From an uncultured Candidatus Saccharibacteria bacterium (GTDB lineage Bacteria > Patescibacteriota > Doudnabacteria > UBA920), in NCBI GenBank assembly GCA_964474825.1, contig CAYYWQ010000001.1, positions 485,609 through 549,608 on the forward strand: a stretch of 64,000 nt of DNA, read 5' to 3'. The position numbers were made by a program, and so were the translations under genes. Below the pieces are notes generated by a model. That model worked only from the letters and a program-made list of their open reading frames with translations. It made no database searches and was not told the origin of the DNA. Each line of letters begins with the position of its first letter. The first letter of the stretch is position 1. Of this stretch, positions 1-9,308 are shown piece by piece.

Positions 1-2515
1 TAACTAATGAAGTAGAAGACATGTTCACATTAGCATTCGGAATACAGGCAGCAACGGTTTTGTTGGCATTACAGGAAACTGTCTGCCCACCGTTTTGGCC
101 GCCGCAAGTCCAAGACCAGGGACCAGTGCCGGAAACACTGGAAGAACTACCCGAGTTGCAAAGCTGCGAACCAGACGGAGCGTTGTCAAAGACACCACCG
201 TTAGCCGGACCACACACGCCATTTACGGAAGTAGACACGATCTGCACGCTTTTGGTTACAGCATTCGGCAGGCTACAGAAGTTGGTAAATCCAGTTTTGT
301 TCTGGGCCTGACAAGTATAGCTATAAGAACCGGGTGTAGAAGGCGCGGTACAAGAAAAATTGGCGGCCGTGCCACTATGGCTGGTGAAAACACAACCATT
401 TGGTGCAGGAATAAAATCGTTAGCAGATCCAAAATCACAAGACACATTAAACTGACTGCCAACATTTACGCTTGCAGGAGCAACCATTGTTCCAGAAGTT
501 GGATTTACACAAACAGGTCCAGTTGTTTTGTTAGCACTGCAGGAAGCATTAGAGCCGCCGTTAGAACCGGAGCAAGTCCAGTTCCATGGTCCGCTACCAG
601 AAACAAAAGAGGCATTACCGGTGCCGCACAAAGCAGAACCAGAAGGCGCAGCGTTAAAATTGCCGCCGTTAGCAGAACCACAAACTCCGTTAATACCCTG
701 TGAACCACAATTTACATTAGGAGCAGCATTGTTCATTTGGTGCAAGACACCGCCACGAAAACCAGAGCTAAAGTCATAAAGAACATAGCGGTAAGTATGA
801 CCTGGGGTTAACCAGTCAATTGGGAAACTGCCAGTGTCTTCACCGAATGTAGCAATTGTGCTTTCAAAAGAATTGTCGGTAATATCTTTTGCAGTTAATT
901 CAATTCTGGAAACATTGGATTTTTTGGTATACGAAACAGTACCACCAGTTTGACCGTTAGGCAAACAAACGTTGGTGTAAGAAATGGTAATATTGTTGTT
1001 GCCAGTAGCAGGATTGCCGCCGCAGTTTACAGTAGGAGCAGTATTATTCATTTGATGAAGCACGCCACCGCGGAAACCGCTGCTGAAATCATATAAGACG
1101 TAGCGATAATTATGACCCGGAGTTAACCAGTCAATGGGGAAACTACCGCTGTCTTCACCAAAAGTAGCAATAGTGCTTTCAAAGGTACCATCTGTAATAT
1201 CTTTAGCTGTCAGTTCAATTCTGGAGACGTTGGATTTCTTTGTATAAGAAACAGTACCGCCTGTTTGACCATTGGCCAAACAAACGTTATTGTAAGAAAT
1301 TGTAATATTGTTGTTGCCCGTGGAAGGATTGCCGCCGCAGTTAACTGTAGGAGCCGTGTCATTTTTTTGAGTTAACACGCTACCACGAAAACCGGAGCTA
1401 TAATCGTAAAGAACATAGCGGTAAGTATGGCCCGGGGTTAACCAGTCAATTGGAAAATCTCCGTGGTTTTCACCAAAGGTTGCAATGGTGCTTTCGAAAG
1501 TACCATCGGTAATATCTTTAGCGGTTAATTCAATCCTGGAAACATTAGATTTTTTATCATAAGAAACAGTGCCGCCAGTCTGACCATTGGCCAAACAAAC
1601 GTTATTGTAGGAAATGGTGATATTATTTTCACCGGTGGAAGGATTGCCACCACAGCTTAAATTACCGGTTGCAATGCTGGCGGTTTTATCGGCAATACCA
1701 TCACCGCGCAAAGTAAATAAATAAGTTTTATTCGGCTCCATCCAGTCAACAGTTTTTGTAGCAGACTCTTCGGCAGCCATTAAAGTTTCGCCGGCATTGT
1801 CAGCGCTAACATAAACACGAACATTGTTTACATTTTCAGTGGACCAAGAAACGGTACCATTAAGTAAACACTGCCCAGCTACCTGACCACCTAATTGAGC
1901 AGAAATGTTAGAAGTAGGATTAGCAGGAGTCACAGGACCAACAACTCTAACAACAATGTCACTGTTGGTTACGGCAAAGTTAAAGCAGGGCTGCATGTCG
2001 CCAAGTGATTGGTATAAGCTGCCGCTAACTAATTCTAAATGAGCGCCTTCGGGAGTTGTAATAGTAAAAGATCCGCTTTTACTATCTTCATTACCACTTA
2101 TCGTGGCATTTATAGTATGGAAAGAACCCGCACCTTGATCCAAGCTTACTGAATAGCTGGCGTTATGCATAACCAAACCTGAGTTGCTGGCAGCACTGTT
2201 ATGAGCATATATTCTCAAGCGAATTTCGTCTCCAACATTGGCCTGTACAGAATTCTGATAGTTAGCCTGGGTGGTCACACCACCTGAAATAACAGGAAAA
2301 TCTTTACAGTTGGAACCAGCCTGGTTTAAATCAACGTCATAGCGGTTAAATACCGCATGATCAGTATTAATGACAGGACAACCTCCGTCATCCGCCAAAA
2401 CTTTAGTAAGTTCACGGGGAGAGGCGGCTAAAACCACGCTAAAAGCCACAATGATGACCATTGAGGCAATGACACTAGATTTGAAGTACTTGCTGGAGAA
2501 AATCTTGTTGGGCAT
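1..2515 (-). CDS. Large secreted Cys/Gly/Asn-rich repeat surface protein (3'-truncated by window edge; absent from ORF track)
   Basis: ATG at 2515; MPNKIFSSKYFKSSVIASMVIIVAFSVVLAA signal/anchor; frame stays open to position 1 (>830 aa); three 105-aa repeats and two NGVCG..GPWxWTC modules. Confidence 0.85.
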   Translation of the reverse strand, partial: MPNKIFSSKYFKSSVIASMVIIVAFSVVLAASPRELTKVLADDGGCPVINTDHAVFNRYDVDLNQAGSNCKDFPVISGGVTTQANYQNSVQANVGDEIRLRIYAHNSAASNSGLVMHNASYSVSLDQGAGSFHTINATISGNEDSKSGSFTITTPEGAHLELVSGSLYQSLGDMQPCFNFAVTNSDIVVRVVGPVTPANPTSNISAQLGGQVAGQCLLNGTVSWSTENVNNVRVYVSADNAGETLMAAEESATKTVDWMEPNKTYLFTLRGDGIADKTASIATGNLSCGGNPSTGENNITISYNNVCLANGQTGGTVSYDKKSNVSRIELTAKDITDGTFESTIATFGENHGDFPIDWLTPGHTYRYVLYDYSSGFRGSVLTQKNDTAPTVNCGGNPSTGNNNITISYNNVCLANGQTGGTVSYTKKSNVSRIELTAKDITDGTFESTIATFGEDSGSFPIDWLTPGHNYRYVLYDFSSGFRGGVLHQMNNTAPTVNCGGNPATGNNNITISYTNVCLPNGQTGGTVSYTKKSNVSRIELTAKDITDNSFESTIATFGEDTGSFPIDWLTPGHTYRYVLYDFSSGFRGGVLHQMNNAAPNVNCGSQGINGVCGSANGGNFNAAPSGSALCGTGNASFVSGSGPWNWTCSGSNGGSNASCSANKTTGPVCVNPTSGTMVAPASVNVGSQFNVSCDFGSANDFIPAPNGCVFTSHSGTAANFSCTAPSTPGSYSYTCQAQNKTGFTNFCSLPNAVTKSVQIVSTSVNGVCGPANGGVFDNAPSGSQLCNSGSSSSVSGTGPWSWTCGGQNGGQTVSCNANKTVAACIPNANVNMSSTSLV
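715..1655 (-). repeat. Three tandem 315-bp intragenic repeats
   Basis: ACCAGTCAAT recurs at 811, 1126, 1441; unit encodes CGGNP..NITISY.NVCL.NGQTGG..FPIDWLTPGH.YRYVLYD; outer boundaries approximate. Confidence 0.9.
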
Positions 2516-2725
2516 AAAGTTGCTCTTAATAAATACTAATAAATAATTAACTCGTTATTGTACCCTTTTTTTATGGTTTTGTCAACACTTTAATCAAATA
2601 TCCCCCTGAAATAAAACAACTTTTATTTGATTATCCTAATCTAAGCCTTTATTAATATATTATATACTATAACGTTTCAGATAAAATTAGTAGCAATGTC
2701 AACCAATTAAAGACAGCGGCTGAAT

Positions 2726-4093
2726 TTACTGATTTTCCGTCTGGGTAAGCTGCCCATAAACCACTAAACGATATTTTGTACTGCCAACCGGCCAGCAGGT
2801 GGAAAGAGCAACAACAGATTCCCCGCCGTTTTTAAACTGGGCCTGGTCGCCAGGGCTGTATTGCTGGCGGCCCACCACAACATAATGTAAAACGTGGGTT
2901 TTGCCGTCAGTAGTTGTGACTGTAATGCTAAACGAAGTATTGTCGGCCAAGTCATTTAAGTGCGTAAAAACATGGTTATAGCTTCCTTTGGCCCAGGAAT
3001 AATTACTACTGTGGCCGGAAATGTAAGTGGTGCCTAGTTGTCCTGGCATGGCCGTGCCAGGGTAATGAATAACACCGCTTTGTAAGTCCCTGTCAAAATC
3101 TTTAGGGTCCTGACTCCAAACTAAAGGAGCGTCAATTTTTAAAGACGGGACTTGGAGGCGTCCGGGAATATTTGTGTTTATATTTAAATCGGAATTAGTC
3201 GGCTGTGTTACTGCGGGCTGGGAATTTGGAATAGTTGGCCTTTGGGATCCAACTGCAGAATTCTGCGCAGCCTGGGCAATTCTTGGCGTCAAACCAAACC
3301 CTTGGTAATTAGTCTCAGCTCCGGCAACCTGACCGTTTGTCTGTAAATGCGCAAGGGTCTGCCGGTTGGATATAACTTCAAAATCAAAATATTTGGCAAT
3401 TATATCATTTTGGGCCTGAGTCAGTTTGCTGCCTGTTAAAGGGTTGATTCCGGCCTGCAGCGCGTCGCTGTCAGACATACCTAAGCCTATGGTATCGTAA
3501 GATTTTGGGTTTAAGTTAAGCAGGTATTTTTGAAAATTGGAAAGCCCATTACCGGAGTTGTCCGCGTCCGGGTCTGTTACTCTGGCGTCAGAAACGTCAT
3601 AATAAAACTCAGCAATCCACTTTTGGTAGCCAGGAAGGTTTTGCTGCTCGAGCTGGGCTAAAGAGTTTTCTTTTGGGGTTTGGGCTTGGGTCTGGCTTTT
3701 AAAAATACCGCTAAAATTTAAATCCAGGCTACTGCCGCTAAAAAAATAAAAGTAAATAAATAAGGCAACGGAAAAAACTAAGACGTAAGGCGTTACGGCT
3801 TTAAAAATTGAGAAGACTTTGTTCCCACCCGCAGCAGGAGCTGATTCCCCTAAAGTATGCTCAATAGGATGGGCCGATAAGTGCGGAGTCTTGCTTTCGT
3901 GAGTTTCCACAGGTTCTTTCACATACAAATTCCCCACAACTTTAGCAAAACCTTCGGCATGAGCTGGATCACTATTACCAACAACCGGAGTCGGATGATG
4001 GGCCGTTCCGTTCAAACCAAACATTTTAGCCACTTCATCAGAGGCCTGGGGATATTTTTTCGAAGTATCAATTTTAGAAGTATTATCTGTCAT
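2726..4093 (-). CDS. Sortase with N-terminal TM helix and acidic DxDxxGxGLS-type motifs
   Basis: C-terminal LQVPSLKID..GVIHYPGT..ISGHSS..LSTCWPVGSTKYRLVV gives the sortase His/Cys/Arg triad. Confidence 0.85.
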   Translation of the reverse strand: MTDNTSKIDTSKKYPQASDEVAKMFGLNGTAHHPTPVVGNSDPAHAEGFAKVVGNLYVKEPVETHESKTPHLSAHPIEHTLGESAPAAGGNKVFSIFKAVTPYVLVFSVALFIYFYFFSGSSLDLNFSGIFKSQTQAQTPKENSLAQLEQQNLPGYQKWIAEFYYDVSDARVTDPDADNSGNGLSNFQKYLLNLNPKSYDTIGLGMSDSDALQAGINPLTGSKLTQAQNDIIAKYFDFEVISNRQTLAHLQTNGQVAGAETNYQGFGLTPRIAQAAQNSAVGSQRPTIPNSQPAVTQPTNSDLNINTNIPGRLQVPSLKIDAPLVWSQDPKDFDRDLQSGVIHYPGTAMPGQLGTTYISGHSSNYSWAKGSYNHVFTHLNDLADNTSFSITVTTTDGKTHVLHYVVVGRQQYSPGDQAQFKNGGESVVALSTCWPVGSTKYRLVVYGQLTQTENQ

Positions 4094-4211
4094 TGAATAA
4101 AATTCTCTTATTTATGAGCTTTTGGCTGTTTTATTGGGTTTTGACTCTATATATTATCATATTTGGCAATATTTGTCAAGTCCAGGCTTTTAATGTAAAA
4201 TGTCTATAGTT

Positions 4212-5249
4212 ATGGAAAATCTCCCAGACAACTCAAAAAACAGCACAGAAATCCTGCACAAAATTTTACCACTGCTCCTGGTTGCTTTCATTGTCATTAG
4301 AATAATTTTTGCGCTACTGACTCCCCGCCCGGCAGCCTTAGCCAGCGACCTTACCGTGGAAAATATCTTACAAGCCATTAACCAACAACGCTCCCAGCGC
4401 AACCTTGTTACTTTAAATACCGATACCCGGCTTTCCGGCGCTGGCCAAAGCAAGGCTGACGACATGCAGTCAAGGCATTACTTTGCCCATGTTGACCCCG
4501 AGGGGAATTATGTGTGGCCTAAAATAGTTGCCGCCGGTTACACTCCATATTTACAGCTTGGCGAAAACTTAGCAATTGAATTTTATGACACCGAAAGTTT
4601 AGTCGCGGCCTGGATGAACAGCCCAACTCATAGGGCCAATATTTTGAACGATGGCTTTAAGGACCAGGGAATGGGTTTAAATTTTGGCGATAGCAACGCC
4701 GGCCAATACCACTCCGTTGTGGCAAATACTTTTGGATCGCTGCTTTTAAAAAAAGTTCAAGCGGCTCAGGCAGTGGCCCCCACCCCTTCGCCAACCCAGT
4801 CTTTTGCCCCCACCCCGACCCCGGTTCAAAAACCAAAGCCCAACACCACTCCAAAGACTATTCCAACCCCGACCCCTTCGCCAAAACCTACGGCAACGGA
4901 CGACGAAATCCCTGCCAGCCCGTTAAGCCCGCGCGGCAATTACGCCATGGCCGAACATCCAACGGCGGCGGAACCTTCGTCCTCTCCCCAGCCTCCCTCT
5001 GCCAGCACTAAGGCAGTACCCAAAACCTCGTCACCTGCTGTGATTAATCCGGCCTCTGTTAATGAAACCAAAAATTTTCAGTTTAGTCGCTACTTTACTT
5101 TGGCTTTTGGTATAGTTTTATTTTTATTTTTAATAACCGATTTGCACGGCCTGGAAGAAGGACAGCTGCATTTGGCGAGCAAAAAAGCCAGTAGCCTGGT
5201 TTTACTTTTTATGGCCCTGGTTGTAATTGCAGTAATGTACTGGTTGTAG
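4212..5249 (+). CDS. CAP/SCP domain membrane protein with Pro/Thr-rich linker
   Basis: YFAH, LGENLA, AWMNSPTHRANIL motifs; C-terminal TM helices. Confidence 0.85.
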   Translation: MENLPDNSKNSTEILHKILPLLLVAFIVIRIIFALLTPRPAALASDLTVENILQAINQQRSQRNLVTLNTDTRLSGAGQSKADDMQSRHYFAHVDPEGNYVWPKIVAAGYTPYLQLGENLAIEFYDTESLVAAWMNSPTHRANILNDGFKDQGMGLNFGDSNAGQYHSVVANTFGSLLLKKVQAAQAVAPTPSPTQSFAPTPTPVQKPKPNTTPKTIPTPTPSPKPTATDDEIPASPLSPRGNYAMAEHPTAAEPSSSPQPPSASTKAVPKTSSPAVINPASVNETKNFQFSRYFTLAFGIVLFLFLITDLHGLEEGQLHLASKKASSLVLLFMALVVIAVMYWL

Positions 5250-5252
5250 TTT

Positions 5253-5289
5253 AAAAAATCCCCTCTGCCCAGGCGGAGGGGATTTTTTT
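5253..5289. terminator. Bidirectional intrinsic terminator
   Basis: AAAAAATCCCCTCTGCC-CA-GGCGGAGGGGATTTTTT between convergent genes. Confidence 0.8.
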
Positions 5290-5290
5290 A

Positions 5291-6253
5291 TTATTGAATC
5301 TGTCCGGTTCTGTAATTGCACCCGTCTAGAATTCTTGCCTTAAAGTTGGTCACGGAGATCACCATAGCTGCAACTAACAAGCTTATTAGCAGCACTTCAA
5401 TAAATGTTTGCTTGGTTAAAGCACGGTCCAAACGGTAATGAAATACTCCCCAAAACAAATTGTAGGCCGCTGTCATAAACACCGCGGCGGTGAAGTAATT
5501 ATAACCCCACAGAACATATACCAAATAGCCAATCACTGCCATCATAATGGCAATTAACGTGGTAATAATAATTGTATAGCCGGTAACGAGTCTGTGTAAA
5601 TAAAGGGATTCGTAAATTAACAAAAAAGAATAACAAAAAACCTCGGCGGTAAAATAATTTGGGTTTAAGCAAATATAGCGCATCATGGAAAGCGCCGCGG
5701 CAAATAAAGCTCCGGCTGCGTAAATTTTTACCACGGCCAAAGCCGTAAAAATATCACCGTCTATAATTTCTTTACGCCTGTAAAATTGCTCTTTTAAAAA
5801 CCAATAATAAACAATTAAAGCCAGGGAAGACAGCGCTGCCACAGTTTGCTGGATTGTAAAAAAACCCTGGTTGTTATAAAACAAAGAAATGGAAGACCAG
5901 AAAATAAAGCCGGGGAGGAGCAAAAAATGCAGCCATTGGCTTATATATTCCCAGCTACGGAGGTGCTCAAACCTATCCCAAAGGGCTGAAGTAATAACCC
6001 TGAAATTCCGGTGCAGGGCAACAGGCAAAGCATGGTGCCTGCGCTTGGCGCGTTGCCAGCTGCCCCGATTCTTAAAGTGCAGGTCGAACAGGAAAACTAT
6101 TTTAAAAATTAAATACAAAAAAATCCAAAACGACACCTGAAAATAAATCCTGTGCTGATTAAGGTTTAAAATATAAATAAGTATTTGGAAACCACCAACA
6201 ACCGTAATGGCAAGCAACGACGTAGATATAATTTTCTGGCTTTTATTCGTCAT
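5291..6253 (-). CDS. Polytopic membrane protein (DUF5656-like C-terminus)
   Basis: Many hydrophobic helices; C-terminus resembles that of 10387..11190. Confidence 0.6.
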   Translation of the reverse strand: MTNKSQKIISTSLLAITVVGGFQILIYILNLNQHRIYFQVSFWIFLYLIFKIVFLFDLHFKNRGSWQRAKRRHHALPVALHRNFRVITSALWDRFEHLRSWEYISQWLHFLLLPGFIFWSSISLFYNNQGFFTIQQTVAALSSLALIVYYWFLKEQFYRRKEIIDGDIFTALAVVKIYAAGALFAAALSMMRYICLNPNYFTAEVFCYSFLLIYESLYLHRLVTGYTIIITTLIAIMMAVIGYLVYVLWGYNYFTAAVFMTAAYNLFWGVFHYRLDRALTKQTFIEVLLISLLVAAMVISVTNFKARILDGCNYRTGQIQ

Positions 6254-6965
6254 GATTTTTAGATTTTTTATAAGCTAATTCTGAAGCCTTAAACAAAGAC
6301 TCAAAAGTGCCGGCGTCAATCCACTCCCCCTTTACAATATCTACTTTTAATTCATTTTTTTGCAAATACCAATTATGCAGCTCGGTAATTTCCAGTTCTC
6401 CCCGCCTGGAAGGCTTTGACTGCTTGGCCGCTTCTATAACACGGTTGTCATAAATATACAGGCCGGTAATGGCGTAATTAGACAAATACTCTTTTGGCTT
6501 CTCTTCTATTTTAACCGCGTTCATTTTGTCGTCAAACTTTACCACGCCGAATCTTTCCGGGTCAGCAACTTCTTTGGCAAAAATATGTCCGCCGGATTTA
6601 AAATTTTTAATAACTCCTGAAAAATCGTCCTCAAAAATATTGTCGCCTAAAATCATGCACACATTGTCGCCGTCTATAAAATTTTCGCCAATTATAAATG
6701 CCTGGGCCAGACCCTCTGGCTTTTCCTGGATTTCAAAAGTAAACCTAACACCAAACTCCTCGCCGTTGCCCAAAAGTTTTAAATACTGTCCGCTGTGCTC
6801 CGGGGACACTATAATTAAAATATCTTTTACGCCGGCCTTAATTAAGGTCTGCAGCGGGTACATAATCATAGGCCTGTCGTAAACAGGAAGTAATTGCTTG
6901 CTGGTAACTTTTGTAAGCGGATAAAGCCTACTGCCTACCCCGCCGGAAAGAATAATACCTTTCAT
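6243..6965 (-). CDS. rmlA: Glucose-1-phosphate thymidylyltransferase, short form
   Basis: MKGIILSGGVGSRLYPLTKVTSKQLLPVYDRPMI; LGDNIF; RGELEIT; WIDAGT. Confidence 0.9.
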   Translation of the reverse strand: MKGIILSGGVGSRLYPLTKVTSKQLLPVYDRPMIMYPLQTLIKAGVKDILIIVSPEHSGQYLKLLGNGEEFGVRFTFEIQEKPEGLAQAFIIGENFIDGDNVCMILGDNIFEDDFSGVIKNFKSGGHIFAKEVADPERFGVVKFDDKMNAVKIEEKPKEYLSNYAITGLYIYDNRVIEAAKQSKPSRRGELEITELHNWYLQKNELKVDIVKGEWIDAGTFESLFKASELAYKKSKNHDE

Positions 6966-7810
6966 GAGATGTACGAATTACGGTTTAAGAATTCTAACAA
7001 AGCCTCTTGCCAAGGACGAATTGAAAGTAACTTAGTATTTATTAAAACAGATCTTGCCGGACGCATAGCTTTTCTGGGAAAGTCAGTAGACGGAACTGGG
7101 ACTAAATTTATTTTTTTGCCGACAGTCTTAAAAATTTCTTTGGCTAAGTCGTACCAGCTCGCTGAGCCGGAATTGGTAATGTGATAAATACCAAAAGGGT
7201 TATTTTGTACAGTCAGAAGCTTAACATTCTCGGCCAAATCTTTAACATAGGTTAAGCTGTTAACTTCATTGTTAACTGCTTTAATGGTATCAGTTTTGCG
7301 GCTTAAATCAAGCATTAAGTCCACAAAACTTTTCTTGCTCATTTCGCTCTGGCCCTTAAGACCAAATAATACTGCTGTGCGGATAATGTAGTATTTTTGG
7401 CAATGTTTGATTATTTCCTGCTCCCCTTGGTGCTTTGATTTAGCGTAGACCGATAAAGGGCTTGGCTCATCTTCTTCTTTGTACTCACCCTGCTGGCCGT
7501 CAAACACATAATTAGTGGAAAAATGAATGAGGCTAATATTTAAATCATTGCAAATACTAGCTAAATTTTTTGGCACTTCCGCGTTGAGCTTAAAAGCAGT
7601 TCCCGCATTCTCCTCCGCGCCATCAACATCATTATACGCAACGCAATTTATAATAATTTCTGGTCTTAAACTTTCCACTTTCAACTTTAAACTTTCAACT
7701 TGAGCGACGTCTACGTCGCTCCTGTCCCAACCAACAGTCTCATTACCAAAAACCCTCATCAGTTCAGCACCAAGCATTCCTTTGCTTCCCAAAATTAAAA
7801 CTTTTTTCAT
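6962..7810 (-). CDS. rmlD: dTDP-4-dehydrorhamnose reductase
   Basis: GSKGMLG; STNYVFDG; YAKSK; coupled to rmlB stop (ATGA). Confidence 0.9.
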   Translation of the reverse strand: MKKVLILGSKGMLGAELMRVFGNETVGWDRSDVDVAQVESLKLKVESLRPEIIINCVAYNDVDGAEENAGTAFKLNAEVPKNLASICNDLNISLIHFSTNYVFDGQQGEYKEEDEPSPLSVYAKSKHQGEQEIIKHCQKYYIIRTAVLFGLKGQSEMSKKSFVDLMLDLSRKTDTIKAVNNEVNSLTYVKDLAENVKLLTVQNNPFGIYHITNSGSASWYDLAKEIFKTVGKKINLVPVPSTDFPRKAMRPARSVLINTKLLSIRPWQEALLEFLNRNSYIS

Positions 7811-8772
7811 TTTTTTAGCTTCTGCCACCAGTCAGGGTTGGCCTTATACCAGTTTATTGTTTGCCGCAATGCTTCTTCCAAAAAATATTTTGGCTTCCAG
7901 CCAAGTTCTTTCGTGATTTTGCTATGATCCAGGGCGTATTTTTGGTCGTGGCCGGGACGGTCTTCTACGTACTCTATATTTTCGTCCCCGAGCTTCATTA
8001 AGACCAAAAGTTTTCTTATAACGTCGGCATTACTAAATTCCGGGTTGTCGGGGCCTATAAAATAAGTTTCGCCCACTTTTCCTTTTTGCAAAATCGCCTC
8101 AATGCCGCTGCAGTGGTCTTCCACGTAAAGCCATTCGCGCACTTGGTTGCCCGGTTTATAAATTGGCACTTTTTTGCCTTGCAGTAAATTAGTAATGGCC
8201 AAGGGGATTAATTTTTCCGGAAACATAAAAGGCCCAATATTGTTAGCGCAGTTGCTAATTGTTACCGGAAGGTTGTAAGTATGGTAGTAAGCGCGAACTA
8301 AATGGTCGGAAGCGGCTTTACTTGCCGAATATGGGCTGCGGGGATTATAGGGAGAATTTTCAGTCCACTTTTCTTTACTTCCCAAAGGAATATGACCAAA
8401 GACTTCGTCAGTAGAAACGTGATGGAATCTTTTTACTCCTTTTTTCAGGGATGATTTTAAGAGCTGGTGCGTACCCAAAACATTCGTCCTTACAAATTCG
8501 TCAGGCTCTGTTATGGAACGGTCAACATGTGTCTCTGCCGCAAAATGCACGACAGTATCAACTCCCTCCATGGATTTTTCTACAACTGCTTCGTCGCAAA
8601 TATCGCCCTGAATAAAAGTTATTTTTTCTTTTACGATCTCTAAATTTTCCAAATTTCCGGCATAGGTAAGTTTATCCAAAACGACAATCTCGTCGTCCGG
8701 ATGGTTTTTTACCCAATAATGCACAAAGTTAGAACCAATAAATCCAGCTCCGCCGGTAATTAAAATTTTCAT
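7807..8772 (-). CDS. rmlB: dTDP-glucose 4,6-dehydratase
   Basis: TGGAGFIGS; HFAAETHVDRSI; STDEVFG; YSASKA; DRPGHD. Confidence 0.95.
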   Translation of the reverse strand: MKILITGGAGFIGSNFVHYWVKNHPDDEIVVLDKLTYAGNLENLEIVKEKITFIQGDICDEAVVEKSMEGVDTVVHFAAETHVDRSITEPDEFVRTNVLGTHQLLKSSLKKGVKRFHHVSTDEVFGHIPLGSKEKWTENSPYNPRSPYSASKAASDHLVRAYYHTYNLPVTISNCANNIGPFMFPEKLIPLAITNLLQGKKVPIYKPGNQVREWLYVEDHCSGIEAILQKGKVGETYFIGPDNPEFSNADVIRKLLVLMKLGDENIEYVEDRPGHDQKYALDHSKITKELGWKPKYFLEEALRQTINWYKANPDWWQKLKK

Positions 8773-9305
8773 AATGATTTTTTAAATTTTAATTGGAAAA
8801 GAAGCAATGAAACCAAAGTCCATCCGGAAGTAATCTCTCCCGTTAGAACCATTTTTTTAACTTGGGCCAAAGTAAATTTCTTGACTATCAAATCTTTTTC
8901 TGTAGATTCCAGTTTTGATTCGCCAAAATGCAAATCCTGAGCCAAAAATATATTTCCCACACCTGTACTGCTGCTTGGGCCAGGGTTAAATTCCCCTAAA
9001 AATTTCCATTTTTTTGCTGAAATACCGGTTTCTTCTTTTAATTCCTTTTTGGCTTGAAATAATAGGTTGCTATTCTCCGCCCCGCCCGCCGGGAATTCCC
9101 AAGAGGCTTTGCCAATAGCATACCTAAACTGTTTAACCATATAAATATTTTTTCCGTCAAAAGGCACTACCATGACTCCGGTCCTGGGCTTTATATAAGA
9201 ATACTTCCTTTGTTTACCATCGGGTCCCAATACCTTGTCTTCAAAAACAATAAAATAAGGGGAACTGTAAATTTTTTTACCGCTAATTTTTTTCCAGGTC
9301 TTCAT
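8769..9305 (-). CDS. NUDIX hydrolase (ADP-ribose pyrophosphatase-like)
   Basis: QFRY..WEFPAGG..AKKELKEETG Nudix box. Confidence 0.85.
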   Translation of the reverse strand: MKTWKKISGKKIYSSPYFIVFEDKVLGPDGKQRKYSYIKPRTGVMVVPFDGKNIYMVKQFRYAIGKASWEFPAGGAENSNLLFQAKKELKEETGISAKKWKFLGEFNPGPSSSTGVGNIFLAQDLHFGESKLESTEKDLIVKKFTLAQVKKMVLTGEITSGWTLVSLLLFQLKFKKSL

Positions 9306-9308
9306 AAA

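Noticed and set aside
21-779. Short plus-strand ORFs in the track
   Set aside because: They are shadows of the long minus-strand surface-protein ORF.
715-1655. Possible CRISPR array or DGR template/variable repeats
   Set aside because: The 315-bp units are in-frame coding repeats with no spacers, and the differences are mostly synonymous rather than adenine-specific.
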